Shown: positions 29,631-39,877, counted from the stretch's first letter. The stretch: 64,000 bases of DNA from Fidelibacterota bacterium (GCA_046861395.1 JBHHUC010000005.1:1-64000), one strand, 5' to 3'. Translations and numbers: made by a program. The notes: a model not told the origin generated them from the sequence alone.

Positions 29631-30400
29631 TACAGTACTACCTTTTTCTTGATACTGCGCAATGTTTCACTCAGGATCTGCGAAACCCGGGACTCTGAAA
29701 TATCCAATACCTTTCCGATATCGGCCAGAGTCAATTCTTCATAATAATACAGGGCCAGGATCAGCCGTTGCCGTTCGGGAAGCTGCTGAACAATCTGTCG
29801 CAGTTCCCGTTTAAGTGCATCCTCCTCGAAAGATTTTTCCGGACTTTTCTGTTCCGGGTCCGGAATGATATCCAGCCAAGTTGATTTCTCTCCATTGTGC
29901 AGAATAATATTATCATCCAATGAAATATATTTTTGAAAGCGATTCACTAGGCGGACTTTCCGGATGCGTTCCAGAGATAATCCCACATAGGCCGCTAATT
30001 CTTCCGGGGACGGATCGCTGCCAAATTTTAACCGATGGGCATCCACTGCCTGGGAGATAACCCGTAAATCATGAATATATTCCTTGTTCAGATTGCTGGC
30101 AGCCCGGACCGTATCAATAACGGCTCCGTTGATGCGGGGATAGGCATAGGATTTAAATGAAACGCCTCGTTCCGGATCATATTTTTCCAACGCATCGATT
30201 ACACCGATGACACCGGCCTGGATTGCGTCACGCTTCCGGATCACGCCACTGCCGATATAGTGCATCCGTCCCACGATATGTTTGACCAGAGGCAGAAAAG
30301 CCAGAATAGCCTCTTCCCGGACAGCGGGGTTCTTGGTGCTGACATATTCCCTGACGATTTCTTCCCCGCGCAGGGGTTCTGATTTGGTCAGATTCTTCAT
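29630..30400 (-). CDS. fliA: Flagellar sigma factor sigma28 (FliA/WhiG)
   Basis: LPLVKHIV, EKYDPERGVSFKSYAYPRINGAVID, LYYYEELTLADIGKVLDISESRVSQI. Confidence 0.96.
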   Translation of the reverse strand: MKNLTKSEPLRGEEIVREYVSTKNPAVREEAILAFLPLVKHIVGRMHYIGSGVIRKRDAIQAGVIGVIDALEKYDPERGVSFKSYAYPRINGAVIDTVRAASNLNKEYIHDLRVISQAVDAHRLKFGSDPSPEELAAYVGLSLERIRKVRLVNRFQKYISLDDNIILHNGEKSTWLDIIPDPEQKSPEKSFEEDALKRELRQIVQQLPERQRLILALYYYEELTLADIGKVLDISESRVSQILSETLRSIKKKVVL

Positions 30401-30594
30401 TCCGTATGTTGTTTGTCCTGATTTTTATGTACCATGAAAAACCCCAGCGCCAGACTGACATTCGCCAGATAAATCACCGCCAGGACACCGATGAAGACCA
30501 CGGTGCTGCGAAATAGCAAAACATAAAGGGAAACTTCATTGAGCAGGCAGAGAAGAATGGTTATAACGGCCGCCAAAGATGCAAGTTTATACAT
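30397..30594 (-). CDS. Small two-TM hypothetical protein
   Basis: Two hydrophobic helices; fills the flhG-fliA gap with overlaps at both ends. Confidence 0.65.
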   Translation of the reverse strand: MYKLASLAAVITILLCLLNEVSLYVLLFRSTVVFIGVLAVIYLANVSLALGFFMVHKNQDKQHTE

Positions 30595-31465
30595 AGCTAT
30601 CGCTCTCATTCAGGAGTTGCCGGTTATTGCGCACGCGTTTGAACAGCGTACTTTCAATAGTGTCCATTTTTCTGGGTTGTTTGATAATTCGGTGAGCGAT
30701 GGCCTTAATCGAACTGACGGCCGGAGATTCCGGATGTTTCAGAATAACCGGAATTTGTTGGCGAATGGCATCAAGGATCAGGTCATCCTCGGTGATTGAT
30801 CCGGCATAAATAATCTGAGATTTCAAAAAACGCCGGACCATGAGATTCATTTTCTGGAAAATCCTTTCCCCTTCCACATTACTGCGTACCATATTGGACA
30901 CCATGATAATGGGACCGTCGAAGGAGAAGCTCTTTACGATTTTAATGACACCGTAGGCATCGGCAATCGAAGCCGGATCTGGTGTGACCAGGAGTACGAT
31001 TTTATCGGCGCCCAACAAGAAGGAAATGACATTTTCTCCAATTCCGGCCCCCGTATCCACCACAATATTGTCATACTGTGATTCCAGGTCCTTGAAGGCT
31101 CGCCCCAATTTATTGATTATGGATTTTTCCTGTTCAACAAAGGAATGAATGGAGGCCGAAGACGGCAATATATCAACGCCATGATAATTCCGCATGATCA
31201 CATCCGACATGGCAACGTTATTGATGGCAAAATCCATGATGGAATAGCGTGGCCGGAGCCCCAGAAACAAATCCACGTTTCCCAGGTGAATATCGGCATC
31301 AAAGAGCAGAATACGCCGATTCATTTTTTGCAGTGTGAGTGAGAGGTTGACGCTCAGATTGGTTTTTCCCACACCCCCTTTCCCGCTGGTAATCGCTATG
31401 ACTTCCGGGGCAGAGGAACTGCTCTGAGCAAAAAACTTATTGGTCAACTGATCCATAGTTTTCAT
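30587..31465 (-). CDS. flhG: MinD-like flagellar number regulator FlhG/FleN
   Basis: ITSGKGGVGKT, DADIHLGN, DTGAG, PASIADAY; follows flhF. Confidence 0.94.
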   Translation of the reverse strand: MKTMDQLTNKFFAQSSSSAPEVIAITSGKGGVGKTNLSVNLSLTLQKMNRRILLFDADIHLGNVDLFLGLRPRYSIMDFAINNVAMSDVIMRNYHGVDILPSSASIHSFVEQEKSIINKLGRAFKDLESQYDNIVVDTGAGIGENVISFLLGADKIVLLVTPDPASIADAYGVIKIVKSFSFDGPIIMVSNMVRSNVEGERIFQKMNLMVRRFLKSQIIYAGSITEDDLILDAIRQQIPVILKHPESPAVSSIKAIAHRIIKQPRKMDTIESTLFKRVRNNRQLLNESDSYV

Positions 31466-32576
31466 CTTTTTTGAAAATGTTATTCAAGACTGTTTCACTT
31501 TTTGCCAATTGTATATCATGCGGGATCCCCTGTCCGTTACAGATAAAATGCATTGGCAAGTGAACCTCATTCAGGAGAGAAAAAAGTTTCCCGCCCTGGG
31601 TGGTTTCATCAAATTTTGTCAGGACCAGCCCGTTGATTCCAACCGGGAGATATAAACCAACGTCCAGAAGAAGATCTTCCAGAGAGGTTGTAAGGCTCAG
31701 GGTCAATAAAATCGCCAGTTCTTGCAGACCGGAAAAGGTGTCCATCAATTCTTTGATATAACCCGGGAAATAGGGACTGCGGCCCGGGGTGTCAATAATA
31801 ATCCGATCCAGGTCACTCATTCGGTGAATGGCAGACAATAATTCTTTCCCATCGCGTGCCAAGGCAACATCCACCTGAGAAATATCACCAAAGGATTTCA
31901 GTGCCGCCGTGCCACCAATTCGGTAAACATCCGTGGTAATAATGCCCACTGTTTCAGCCGCGAATACCTGGGGACTGCTCACCATTTTCATAATGGTTGT
32001 TGTTTTCCCCACGCCGGTCGGCCCCACCAGGGCGATAATGCGGGGTAATCCTAGCGCGAGAACCGAGGGCCGGAACACCGTTTTTACCTGTTGTCGCAGC
32101 AAGTGCTCAACAATGGTTGACGGCGGTGGAAAGGACGAAAAATGTTTGAAAAAGCCAGGATCCAGTTCCAGAATATATTTCAGGGATAAGGCTGGTATAA
32201 TCCCCAGAGCATTCAACTGGTTATACACCTTCACTCGCCAGCCTGTAAGGCGGGAAGCATTCACCGGGTTTTCCTCGGTGGAATGAATCATATCGGCTCT
32301 GAGAGACGACCGGGACTGGACCGCATCGGCCTGGTATTTATCCAGACGGTTTTTCAGCTTCATTTTAACATCCTGGTACGATCCGTTGGGGGGAACCGTG
32401 GCTGGTTTGTTATTCTGTTTTCCTTTATCCGCTACCACGATCTGGACCACTCTCCCGTTTCCGTCTGGGGCATCGATTTCGCGGGATTCAACCAGAAGAA
32501 TATCATCACCCATTTCCTGGCGAGCTTTGCTCATGACTTCGCGCTGTGTTTTTCCGGTATATGTTTTAACGACCAT
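31437..32576 (-). CDS. flhF: SRP-family GTPase FlhF
   Basis: MVVKTY start at 32576, GPTGVGKTTT, DVYRIGG, DTPGR, TKFDET, GQGIPHDI. Confidence 0.93.
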   Translation of the reverse strand: MVVKTYTGKTQREVMSKARQEMGDDILLVESREIDAPDGNGRVVQIVVADKGKQNNKPATVPPNGSYQDVKMKLKNRLDKYQADAVQSRSSLRADMIHSTEENPVNASRLTGWRVKVYNQLNALGIIPALSLKYILELDPGFFKHFSSFPPPSTIVEHLLRQQVKTVFRPSVLALGLPRIIALVGPTGVGKTTTIMKMVSSPQVFAAETVGIITTDVYRIGGTAALKSFGDISQVDVALARDGKELLSAIHRMSDLDRIIIDTPGRSPYFPGYIKELMDTFSGLQELAILLTLSLTTSLEDLLLDVGLYLPVGINGLVLTKFDETTQGGKLFSLLNEVHLPMHFICNGQGIPHDIQLAKSETVLNNIFKKDENYGSVDQ

Positions 32577-34641
32577 GAGGATATTCCACAATACCAACAG
32601 TTTTAATACTGGTGTCCGGGGTCAACTCGGAAAATGAAAGCACATGAACATTCGGCAAAACCGGTTCTATGAAATTTCTCAACTGTCGGCGAATCTGGGG
32701 CGACACCAGCAACAGGGGTTTTTTCCCCTGTGATATCATGGCTTCCGCATTTTTATTCAGGCCGTCAAAAAGATCCCTTACTTCATCCGGAGTGAGGCCC
32801 ATGTTTTGCGCATTTCCGTTTCGGGTGTTCAGGGTGTTGATGATTCTGTCTTCCAGCCGCGGGTCAAGTGTCGTGACCATCAATTCCTTATCGTCCTGCT
32901 TGAATTGGGCCGTAATGATGTCCGTCAGGGCTGCCCTTACGTATTCGGTAAGCATGTCGGCATCTTTTGTCACGGCGCAGTAATCCGCCACAGTTTCCAT
33001 GATGGTTACCAGATTTCGAATCGGAATTTTCTCCTTCAGAAGATTCTTCAAGATCTGGGTGACCGTTCCCAGCGGCACCAGGTCCGGTACGATGCCTTCC
33101 ACAACCGCCGGATAGGATTCCTTTAGATGGTCCAACATTTTCTGCGTCATCTGACGGTCGACCAGTTTATATATTTTCAGTTTCAACTCCTCCATTAAGT
33201 GGGTCGCGACAACAGCCGGTGTTTCCACCACTGTATAACCGGCTGCTTCAGCCTTTTCTTTTTCCTGCTCGTTGACCCAGAGCGATGGAAGTTTAAAGGT
33301 GGGTTCAACCGTCGGAACGCCGGCGAGGTCCACATCATCACCGGGGTTTAGCACCAGGTAGGCGTCCATCATTACTTCGGCACTGGAAACGGGAATTCCG
33401 TTTATTTTAATGACATATTTCGTGGATGATAGCTGGATATTATCACGAATGCGAATGGGAGGAACAATGACGCCCAGCTCCATCGCAATGCTCTTTCGAA
33501 TGGTAGTAATCCGGTTAAGAATATTCCCCCCCCGGTTGGCATCCACCAATGGAATAAGTCCATAGCCAATTTCAATTTCAATGGGATCGGGATGTAGGTA
33601 ATTCTCAATATTTTCTTCGGCTGGTTCCGTTTCAGTCTCTTTTTCCGCCTCTTCCATTTCTTGATCATGTTCTTCCTGCATCCGCCGGCGTATGACATAA
33701 CCCAGAAAAATGAGTAAACCGGCTACCGACATGAAAGGAATGAAGGGAAATCCCGGTACAATTCCCAGTAATGCCAGAACACCACCGGTAATATAGAGGG
33801 CCCGCGGCTGTCGGCTGACCTGCTGGGCAATGTCAGCACCCATATCCGTCTCAGAAGATGCTTTGGTGATAATGATACCGGCTGCCGTGGAAATGATTAA
33901 CGCCGGAATCTGTGCCACCAATCCGTCACCGATCGTCAGCAGGGTATAGAGAGAAGCCGCTTCACCCAATGAAAGGTCTCGTTGCAGGATTCCGATAGTC
34001 AAACCACCGATAATATTCACGGCTGTAATGATTAATCCGGCAATAGCATCCCCGCGCACAAATTTTGCCGCCCCGTCCATGGCACCATAGAATTCCGCTT
34101 CTTCGGTGATGGTTTTTCGCCGTGATTGCGCATCCTGGTCGTCAATTAGCCCAGCATTGAGATCCGCATCAATGGCCATTTGCTTTCCGGGCATGGCGTC
34201 CAGGGTGAACCGAGCCGATACTTCCGCGATCCGACCCGAACCCTTAGTGATTACGACAAAATTAATAATGACTAAAATCAGGAAAATGACAATACCGACG
34301 GCGTAATTCCCTTGTACGACAAAAGCACCAAAGGAAGCAATAATTTCCCCGGCATAGGCCTGTCCCAGGATCAACCGGGTAGTGGCCACATTCAGGGAAA
34401 GACGGAAAAGGGTGATAATCAGCAACAATCCGGGGAATACGGAAAATTCCAGAGGGCGCGGAATGTAAAGCGCCACGAACAGCATGACCAGAGCACCGGT
34501 TATATTCATCACCAGGAACATGTCCATCATGAAGGTGGGCAGAGGTAGAATCATGATACCCAGAATCATAATGACGGAACCCGCCAGCATGAGATTACTG
34601 CTGGAAAACAGGTTGATTTTCACCGGTTGTTTATCGGGCAT
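32566..34641 (-). CDS. flhA: Export gate protein FlhA
   Basis: RIAEVSARFTLDAMPGKQMAIDADL, FYGAMDGAAKFVRGDA. Confidence 0.98.
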   Translation of the reverse strand: MPDKQPVKINLFSSSNLMLAGSVIMILGIMILPLPTFMMDMFLVMNITGALVMLFVALYIPRPLEFSVFPGLLLIITLFRLSLNVATTRLILGQAYAGEIIASFGAFVVQGNYAVGIVIFLILVIINFVVITKGSGRIAEVSARFTLDAMPGKQMAIDADLNAGLIDDQDAQSRRKTITEEAEFYGAMDGAAKFVRGDAIAGLIITAVNIIGGLTIGILQRDLSLGEAASLYTLLTIGDGLVAQIPALIISTAAGIIITKASSETDMGADIAQQVSRQPRALYITGGVLALLGIVPGFPFIPFMSVAGLLIFLGYVIRRRMQEEHDQEMEEAEKETETEPAEENIENYLHPDPIEIEIGYGLIPLVDANRGGNILNRITTIRKSIAMELGVIVPPIRIRDNIQLSSTKYVIKINGIPVSSAEVMMDAYLVLNPGDDVDLAGVPTVEPTFKLPSLWVNEQEKEKAEAAGYTVVETPAVVATHLMEELKLKIYKLVDRQMTQKMLDHLKESYPAVVEGIVPDLVPLGTVTQILKNLLKEKIPIRNLVTIMETVADYCAVTKDADMLTEYVRAALTDIITAQFKQDDKELMVTTLDPRLEDRIINTLNTRNGNAQNMGLTPDEVRDLFDGLNKNAEAMISQGKKPLLLVSPQIRRQLRNFIEPVLPNVHVLSFSELTPDTSIKTVGIVEYPHGR

Positions 34642-35722
34642 AGGACCCCGCCAGGGATGCTTTATTCTGTGACTGGAACACTAGCGCTAATATCTCTGCC
34701 ACAGCCTGGTAATACAGAACTGGGACCTCCATACCCACCTCCACTGTATCAAACAGTCCCCGGGCCAACGGTTTGTTTTCAATCACCGGCACCTGGTGTT
34801 CCTTGGCAATGGTTTTGATCTTTTCGGCTACTTTTCGTTTTCCCTTGGCAATGACAACGGGCGCATCGGAACGATCAACCGGATCATATTTCAGAGCGAC
34901 GGCGATGAAGGTGGGGTTGGTTACCACGACAGTCGCATCCGGGACCGCCTCCATCATCCGGGACCGGGACATTTGCATTTGGATGGTCCGGATACGCCGT
35001 TTGATTTCCGGGTTTCCTTCGTATTGCTTTCCTTCTTCCTTGACTTCCTCCTTCGTCATTTTCAGTTGTTTTTCATGCTCCCACCGCTGATAGGCATAAT
35101 CCCCCAACGCCATGATCAGCAATACACCACTGGTTTTTAACGATAATTCAAACAGGACCGAACCCAAAAAGGCCAGGGCTTGTCCTGTAGTGGCATTGGA
35201 CAGGAACCAGAAATCGGGTAAATATTTATTAATGACGGAAAGGGCAATGAAACCGACAATAATAATCTTGAAAAGGCCCTTTATCAATTCCACTACCGAC
35301 ATGAGAGAAAAAATGCGTTTAATCCCCGAAGCCGGATTCAGTTTTTTCCATTTCAGCTTCAAGGCCTTTTTGGAAATGGCAAAACCCACCTGCATATAAT
35401 TCACAAGAAGACCCACGATAATTAATCCTGCCAGAAAAGGTCCCAACACGGTAATGAAGAATGTAAATACCATGCGTATCTGTAAGGGAAATACAGTGGG
35501 CGTGAGTTCAATGGTGGACAGTTGAGAATAGGTCGCAGTGGTGACATCGGATAATTGTCCGATCAAGCGCGACGCTGAAGAATATAGCATCATGATGCCG
35601 GCCATCATGATCACCACGGAGTTGAGTTCACGACTGCGGGCAACATTCCCTTCATCCCGCGCTTTTTCCCGACGTTTGGCCGTCGGTTTCTCAGTCCGCT
35701 CACCTGACCAGTTGTCCGCCAT
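34631..35722 (-). CDS. flhB: Export switch protein FlhB
   Basis: ERTEKPTAKR, KMTKEEVKEE..EGNPEIK, VVTNPTFIAVALKY, ENKPLAR. Confidence 0.97.
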   Translation of the reverse strand: MADNWSGERTEKPTAKRREKARDEGNVARSRELNSVVIMMAGIMMLYSSASRLIGQLSDVTTATYSQLSTIELTPTVFPLQIRMVFTFFITVLGPFLAGLIIVGLLVNYMQVGFAISKKALKLKWKKLNPASGIKRIFSLMSVVELIKGLFKIIIVGFIALSVINKYLPDFWFLSNATTGQALAFLGSVLFELSLKTSGVLLIMALGDYAYQRWEHEKQLKMTKEEVKEEGKQYEGNPEIKRRIRTIQMQMSRSRMMEAVPDATVVVTNPTFIAVALKYDPVDRSDAPVVIAKGKRKVAEKIKTIAKEHQVPVIENKPLARGLFDTVEVGMEVPVLYYQAVAEILALVFQSQNKASLAGSYAR

Positions 35723-35723
35723 G

Positions 35724-36512
35724 CTATACCGCTCCCACTGCGCCGATCATGGCACGCAGTAAATCAGTCATTTGTTGATAAATGGAATGAAACATGATCT
35801 GAAAAATGTCGAGGGATGTGATCAATACGAAAAGTCCGGTTCCAATTTTCATCGGCAATGTGACCAGGAAAATATTCATCTGCGGCATGACCCGGGCCGT
35901 TAGAGCAATTGCCCCATCCGCCAGGAGTAGGAAAATCATGGCCGGCAGAGCCAGTTTTAAACCAATATCGAAGGCCAGTGAACCGCTTTTCACCAGCAGG
36001 TCGGCCACGGCTGGTTTGAATTCAGCAAAGGAAGGTGCCACCAGTGTATTCGTTTTTACCAAGACCGTGATGAATAGGTGGTGCCCGTCAAAAGCTAGGA
36101 AATAGGCCATGATGACCAACACCCAAAACTGACTGATGACAGGAATTTGCTGCCGGCTGGTTGGGTCCATGACATTAGCAATTCCAATCCCCATCTGACG
36201 GGCGACAAAACTGCCGGCCATATTAAAGGCTTCGAATATCATTTTTACTCCGAACCCAATGAACAATCCCACAAAAATTTCCCGAATCACCATTCCGACC
36301 ATCACTATAATGGAGTCAATTGTTTCCGCTGTCGGTGTCAGCATGGGAAGGATAAAGATGGTGATGGCAAAAGCCAGTAAAACCCGTACCCGTACCGGAA
36401 TCACCGGATAGCTCAGAATGGGTAACACCATGATCATGGCATTAATCCGGAAAAACATGAGTAGCAGGACCGGGAGCCAGGGCAGGTATTGTTCCAGGGG
36501 GAAAAGCATCAT
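35724..36512 (-). CDS. fliR: Export apparatus FliR
   Basis: Hydrophobic; EIFVG, QMGIGIANVMDP, DGHH, RVMPQMNIF; ATG 36512 overlaps the fliQ stop. Confidence 0.95.
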   Translation of the reverse strand: MMLFPLEQYLPWLPVLLLMFFRINAMIMVLPILSYPVIPVRVRVLLAFAITIFILPMLTPTAETIDSIIVMVGMVIREIFVGLFIGFGVKMIFEAFNMAGSFVARQMGIGIANVMDPTSRQQIPVISQFWVLVIMAYFLAFDGHHLFITVLVKTNTLVAPSFAEFKPAVADLLVKSGSLAFDIGLKLALPAMIFLLLADGAIALTARVMPQMNIFLVTLPMKIGTGLFVLITSLDIFQIMFHSIYQQMTDLLRAMIGAVGAV

Positions 36513-36778
36513 TGCACCATCAGCGGGATCTGGGCGTAGAGTTCCTGTGTATAGGTTAACAGAATATCCAAAAACCACGGGACCAGCAATAGTATGACAA
36601 AACCAACAGCGGCAATCTTGGGAACAAAAACCAATGTCATTTCCTGAATCGATGTTATTGCCTGAAAGATTCCGATGGCCAGGCCCACCACCAGCCCGCT
36701 TCCCAAAACAGGAGCCAGGATATAGATGACCGTAATCAAGGCGTGTTTGCTCAACTCCAAAACATAATCGACCGTCAT
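36509..36778 (-). CDS. fliQ: Export apparatus FliQ
   Basis: FQAITSIQEMTLVFVPK. Confidence 0.96.
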   Translation of the reverse strand: MTVDYVLELSKHALITVIYILAPVLGSGLVVGLAIGIFQAITSIQEMTLVFVPKIAAVGFVILLLVPWFLDILLTYTQELYAQIPLMVQ

Positions 36779-37519
36779 TTATACAAATCCTTTCACTAAT
36801 GATTCAACCGTCAGATACCAACCGTCAACCAGCACGAATAACAGAATTTTAAAGGGCATGGATATCATGATCGGCGGGAGCATCATCATTCCCATGGACA
36901 ATAAAATACTGGCAATAATGATATCAATGATCAGCATGGGCAAATAGAGAAGAAAACCAATCTGAAAGGCGGTTTTTATTTCACTGATCAGAAATGCAGG
37001 AATGATGGTTGTTGCTTTCAATTCCTGGGCGGATGAAGGCTTATCCCTACCCGATAAGTCCACGAATAATTTCAAATCTTTGCTGCGGGTATGTTTCAGC
37101 ATAAAGGTCTTTATGGGCCGGAGAGCATTATCCAACGCTTCCGATTGGGAAATTTCTTCCTTGAGATAGGGCTGTAACGCATGTTGATTGACATCGGAAA
37201 ACACCGGGCGCATGATGAAAAACGTCAGGAAAAGGGCCATGCTGATAATAATCTGATTGGACGGAACCGTTTGTGTTGCCAAGGCTGACCGCAGGAAGTG
37301 AAATACAATAACCAGGCGGGTAAAAGATGTCATCATGATCAGGATGGATGGTGCAAGCGACAGGATAGTCATGAGCGCCAGTATCTGAAGCGTCAGGGAC
37401 AGGTCCCCGGGAGAGGTGGCCTCTTCCAGTCCGAAAGTAATTTTTGGTAGTCCGGTCTGGGCCGGGACAATTGCCGGCAGGAAGAGGAAAATAAGCAGCA
37501 GAACGTATCTTTTACGCAT
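36779..37519 (-). CDS. fliP: Export apparatus FliP
   Basis: MMTSFTR, PAFLISE, GMMMLPP..PFKILLFVLVDGW. Confidence 0.97.
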   Translation of the reverse strand: MRKRYVLLLIFLFLPAIVPAQTGLPKITFGLEEATSPGDLSLTLQILALMTILSLAPSILIMMTSFTRLVIVFHFLRSALATQTVPSNQIIISMALFLTFFIMRPVFSDVNQHALQPYLKEEISQSEALDNALRPIKTFMLKHTRSKDLKLFVDLSGRDKPSSAQELKATTIIPAFLISEIKTAFQIGFLLYLPMLIIDIIIASILLSMGMMMLPPIMISMPFKILLFVLVDGWYLTVESLVKGFV

Positions 37520-37523
37520 TGCC

Positions 37524-37988
37524 TTACCCTGGTTTTATCCGGTTGAGAACGGTGGCAAACGACAGTGACGGTGAACCCAGTCCCAATTTTTCCAGTTCGG
37601 AAATATCGTCAATTTCAGAGAGCAGTGTTATATTGTGTTCCGTGACGCCTAACAATAAATGTTGCTTCCCAACCGAAACGACAGTCAGGTATTGCCGGGG
37701 GCCGATATACTTTTTCATCCGAAAAACCAGTGCGCCGGAATTCGCCGGCTCAGATTGGCGACGTTTGATCAGGAAAAGGGCGACTACCAGGATAACGACT
37801 AAAAAAGCGGATGCCAAAAGCAACCACAGAACGGATGATTCATGTCCAATCGCCTCCGGAACCGGGGGTAAATTATTAAACAAAGAATCGGAGGCCGCCG
37901 GTTCCTGGCCGGGCGCTGCAGTAAACAGGAATAGTCCTGCCAGAAATATAGGTATCCTTTTCCTGTATACCCCGGAAATTGATATCAT
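37524..37988 (-). CDS. fliO: Export apparatus FliO
   Basis: Signal plus TM, then IGPRQYLTVVSVGKQHLLLGVTEHNITLL; lies between fliN and fliP. Confidence 0.88.
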   Translation of the reverse strand: MISISGVYRKRIPIFLAGLFLFTAAPGQEPAASDSLFNNLPPVPEAIGHESSVLWLLLASAFLVVILVVALFLIKRRQSEPANSGALVFRMKKYIGPRQYLTVVSVGKQHLLLGVTEHNITLLSEIDDISELEKLGLGSPSLSFATVLNRIKPG

Positions 37989-38004
37989 GGTCGCAACCGT
38001 CCCG

Positions 38005-38844
38005 TCAGCCGGCCATGCTTCCCAGCTTATGCGTCAAGCCGGCCAGTTTTGTAATACGAATTCCAAAACGGTCATCCACCACCACGACTTCACCCAAGGC
38101 AAACTTTTTATCATTTACAAAAATATCCAGTGGTTCTCCGGCTGCTTTTTCCAGCTCAATCACCGAACCTTTTCCCAGCTTCAGAATATCATTGATCAAC
38201 ATGGACTTTTGTCCCAGCTCCACAAATACACGGAGTTCCACATCCAGCAGCATATCCATGTTTTGTGTAGGACCGTTTGTTACGGGACTGTCCGGGACCT
38301 GTCCGAAGCTGGCAGGATGCACAGATACATTTTCTTTTCCAGTCTCTTTTTCCAATTCCCGACCTCTTATTGCATGAAAGATTTTTAGTGTTTCTTCACC
38401 ATTGATTAAGTCGTATACCGCATAAGCAGACTCAGCCTCCGTCACGAATTGTTCCGCAGATTCTATAAATTTCATTTTCGGTTGACCGAGGTTCAAATCG
38501 GGAAGCGATTCCAGAATGGAAACAACCTGTCCGGAAAAGATATCCATATCCTCCTCTTCCAGGTCTTCCTTGGGTTGCTTTCCTGACGCCCATGCCAGCA
38601 GCCGTGCGACAGTGCCCAGTGATAGCCCAATTACGTGTTGCGCTGAACCGTCTGTTGTGCGGAAGTGAACGGCCACCAGTGGAAGTTCGGCCGACATGCT
38701 TTCAAGAATTTGATCTGAATTTTCCGGTAAGGTATAGTTCAGGGAAAATTCCTGCTTATACGCCTCTCTTAATCGACCGATAATGTCATCAGATCGTTTG
38801 GTAAAGAATTCCGTGAAAATAGATTTGAAGGATTCACTATTCAT
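38005..38844 (-). CDS. fliN: Switch protein FliN with degenerate FliY-like N-terminal domain
   Basis: C-terminal SpoA domain LLDVELRVFVELG..GEVVVVDDRFGIRIT; about 190 extra N-terminal residues. Confidence 0.88.
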   Translation of the reverse strand: MNSESFKSIFTEFFTKRSDDIIGRLREAYKQEFSLNYTLPENSDQILESMSAELPLVAVHFRTTDGSAQHVIGLSLGTVARLLAWASGKQPKEDLEEEDMDIFSGQVVSILESLPDLNLGQPKMKFIESAEQFVTEAESAYAVYDLINGEETLKIFHAIRGRELEKETGKENVSVHPASFGQVPDSPVTNGPTQNMDMLLDVELRVFVELGQKSMLINDILKLGKGSVIELEKAAGEPLDIFVNDKKFALGEVVVVDDRFGIRITKLAGLTHKLGSMAG

Positions 38845-39805
38845 TGTCTACTCCTTTTACAATGGATGTAATCGCCACGGCATAGTTATTTCCGTGGGTT
38901 CCCACCAGGGCATCATAGAGATGGTAACCGTTAATTTTAACCGGGATGAAATCTGTTATCCCTTTCCCCAGTTGAATGATGTCCCCCTCTTGAAGATTGA
39001 TTAGGTCATTAATGCTCACCATACGATCCCCCAGAATAGCCCGCAGAGTAACCGATGTTTTTTTCAGGTTATTTTCCAGTGTTTTCTGTTCCTTTTCATC
39101 GGCCGATTTGATTTTGTAGGTCGGTTTAGACTTTACTGGTACCTGGGTCAGAAGATTTGCTATCCATTTGTACGGATAGCAGATATTCATCACGGATTCC
39201 TGATCCTGATATTTCACTTCAAATGAAACAACCACCACCGGTTCGGAGGCGCTGAGAATCTGAACCGCCAGCGGATCTTCTTCATAGCGATTGAATTCAC
39301 AGTTCAATTTATGAATGGGGGTCCAGCTCTTTTCCAGTTCATGACCAATGATTGTGATGATTTTCTTGACAATCCGTTGTTCGATTGGCGACAGGTTCCG
39401 GTTGATTTCGATTTTTTCACCCATGCCTCCCAACAGCCGCTCTACCAGAAATATTCCCATTTTGGGCTCGAATTCCAGAATAATATTGGACTCTTCTTTA
39501 TTCAATTCACCAACATATAGGGCCACCGGTGTACCGATGGTGTTCTTATAGTCGGCATATTGATTTTGAGTGATTTCCAGAATCGCCATATCCACAATTA
39601 GGCGTAGCTGGTCGGATAAATAAGTACTCAGGCTGGCAGCGATGCCTTGATGGATTGCACGGATTAAGTCTAACTGTTCTTTGGAAAGGAGATTGGGGTG
39701 CTTGAAGTCGTACTTTGATACTTTCCCCGATTTGGCTTTCAGAGGCATGGTTTTATTGGCATCATCATAAAGCACATCCATCTCCGCGGCTGATAACACC
39801 TTCAC
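38837..39805 (-). CDS. fliM: Switch protein FliM
   Basis: YDFKHPNLLSKEQL, ERLLGG, MNICYPY, C-terminal SpoA domain; GTG start. Confidence 0.93.
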   Translation of the reverse strand: MKVLSAAEMDVLYDDANKTMPLKAKSGKVSKYDFKHPNLLSKEQLDLIRAIHQGIAASLSTYLSDQLRLIVDMAILEITQNQYADYKNTIGTPVALYVGELNKEESNIILEFEPKMGIFLVERLLGGMGEKIEINRNLSPIEQRIVKKIITIIGHELEKSWTPIHKLNCEFNRYEEDPLAVQILSASEPVVVVSFEVKYQDQESVMNICYPYKWIANLLTQVPVKSKPTYKIKSADEKEQKTLENNLKKTSVTLRAILGDRMVSINDLINLQEGDIIQLGKGITDFIPVKINGYHLYDALVGTHGNNYAVAITSIVKGVDNE

Positions 39806-39860
39806 GATGGCATTCCCGGTATTGGTTTGATAATCTGTCTAGGCATGATGCGGGATATAA

Positions 39861-39877
39861 GTCAAAATTCATGCCAT
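39861..39877 (-). promoter_or_regulatory. sigma54-type promoter of the fliM operon (variant -12)
   Basis: Minus strand TGGCATGAATTTTGAC: canonical spacing with TTGA instead of TTGC; lies in the 200-bp flgE-fliM gap. Confidence 0.72.

Noticed and set aside
37519..38388. 289-aa plus-strand ORF
   Set aside because: Antisense shadow of fliO and fliN, with no motif or RBS.
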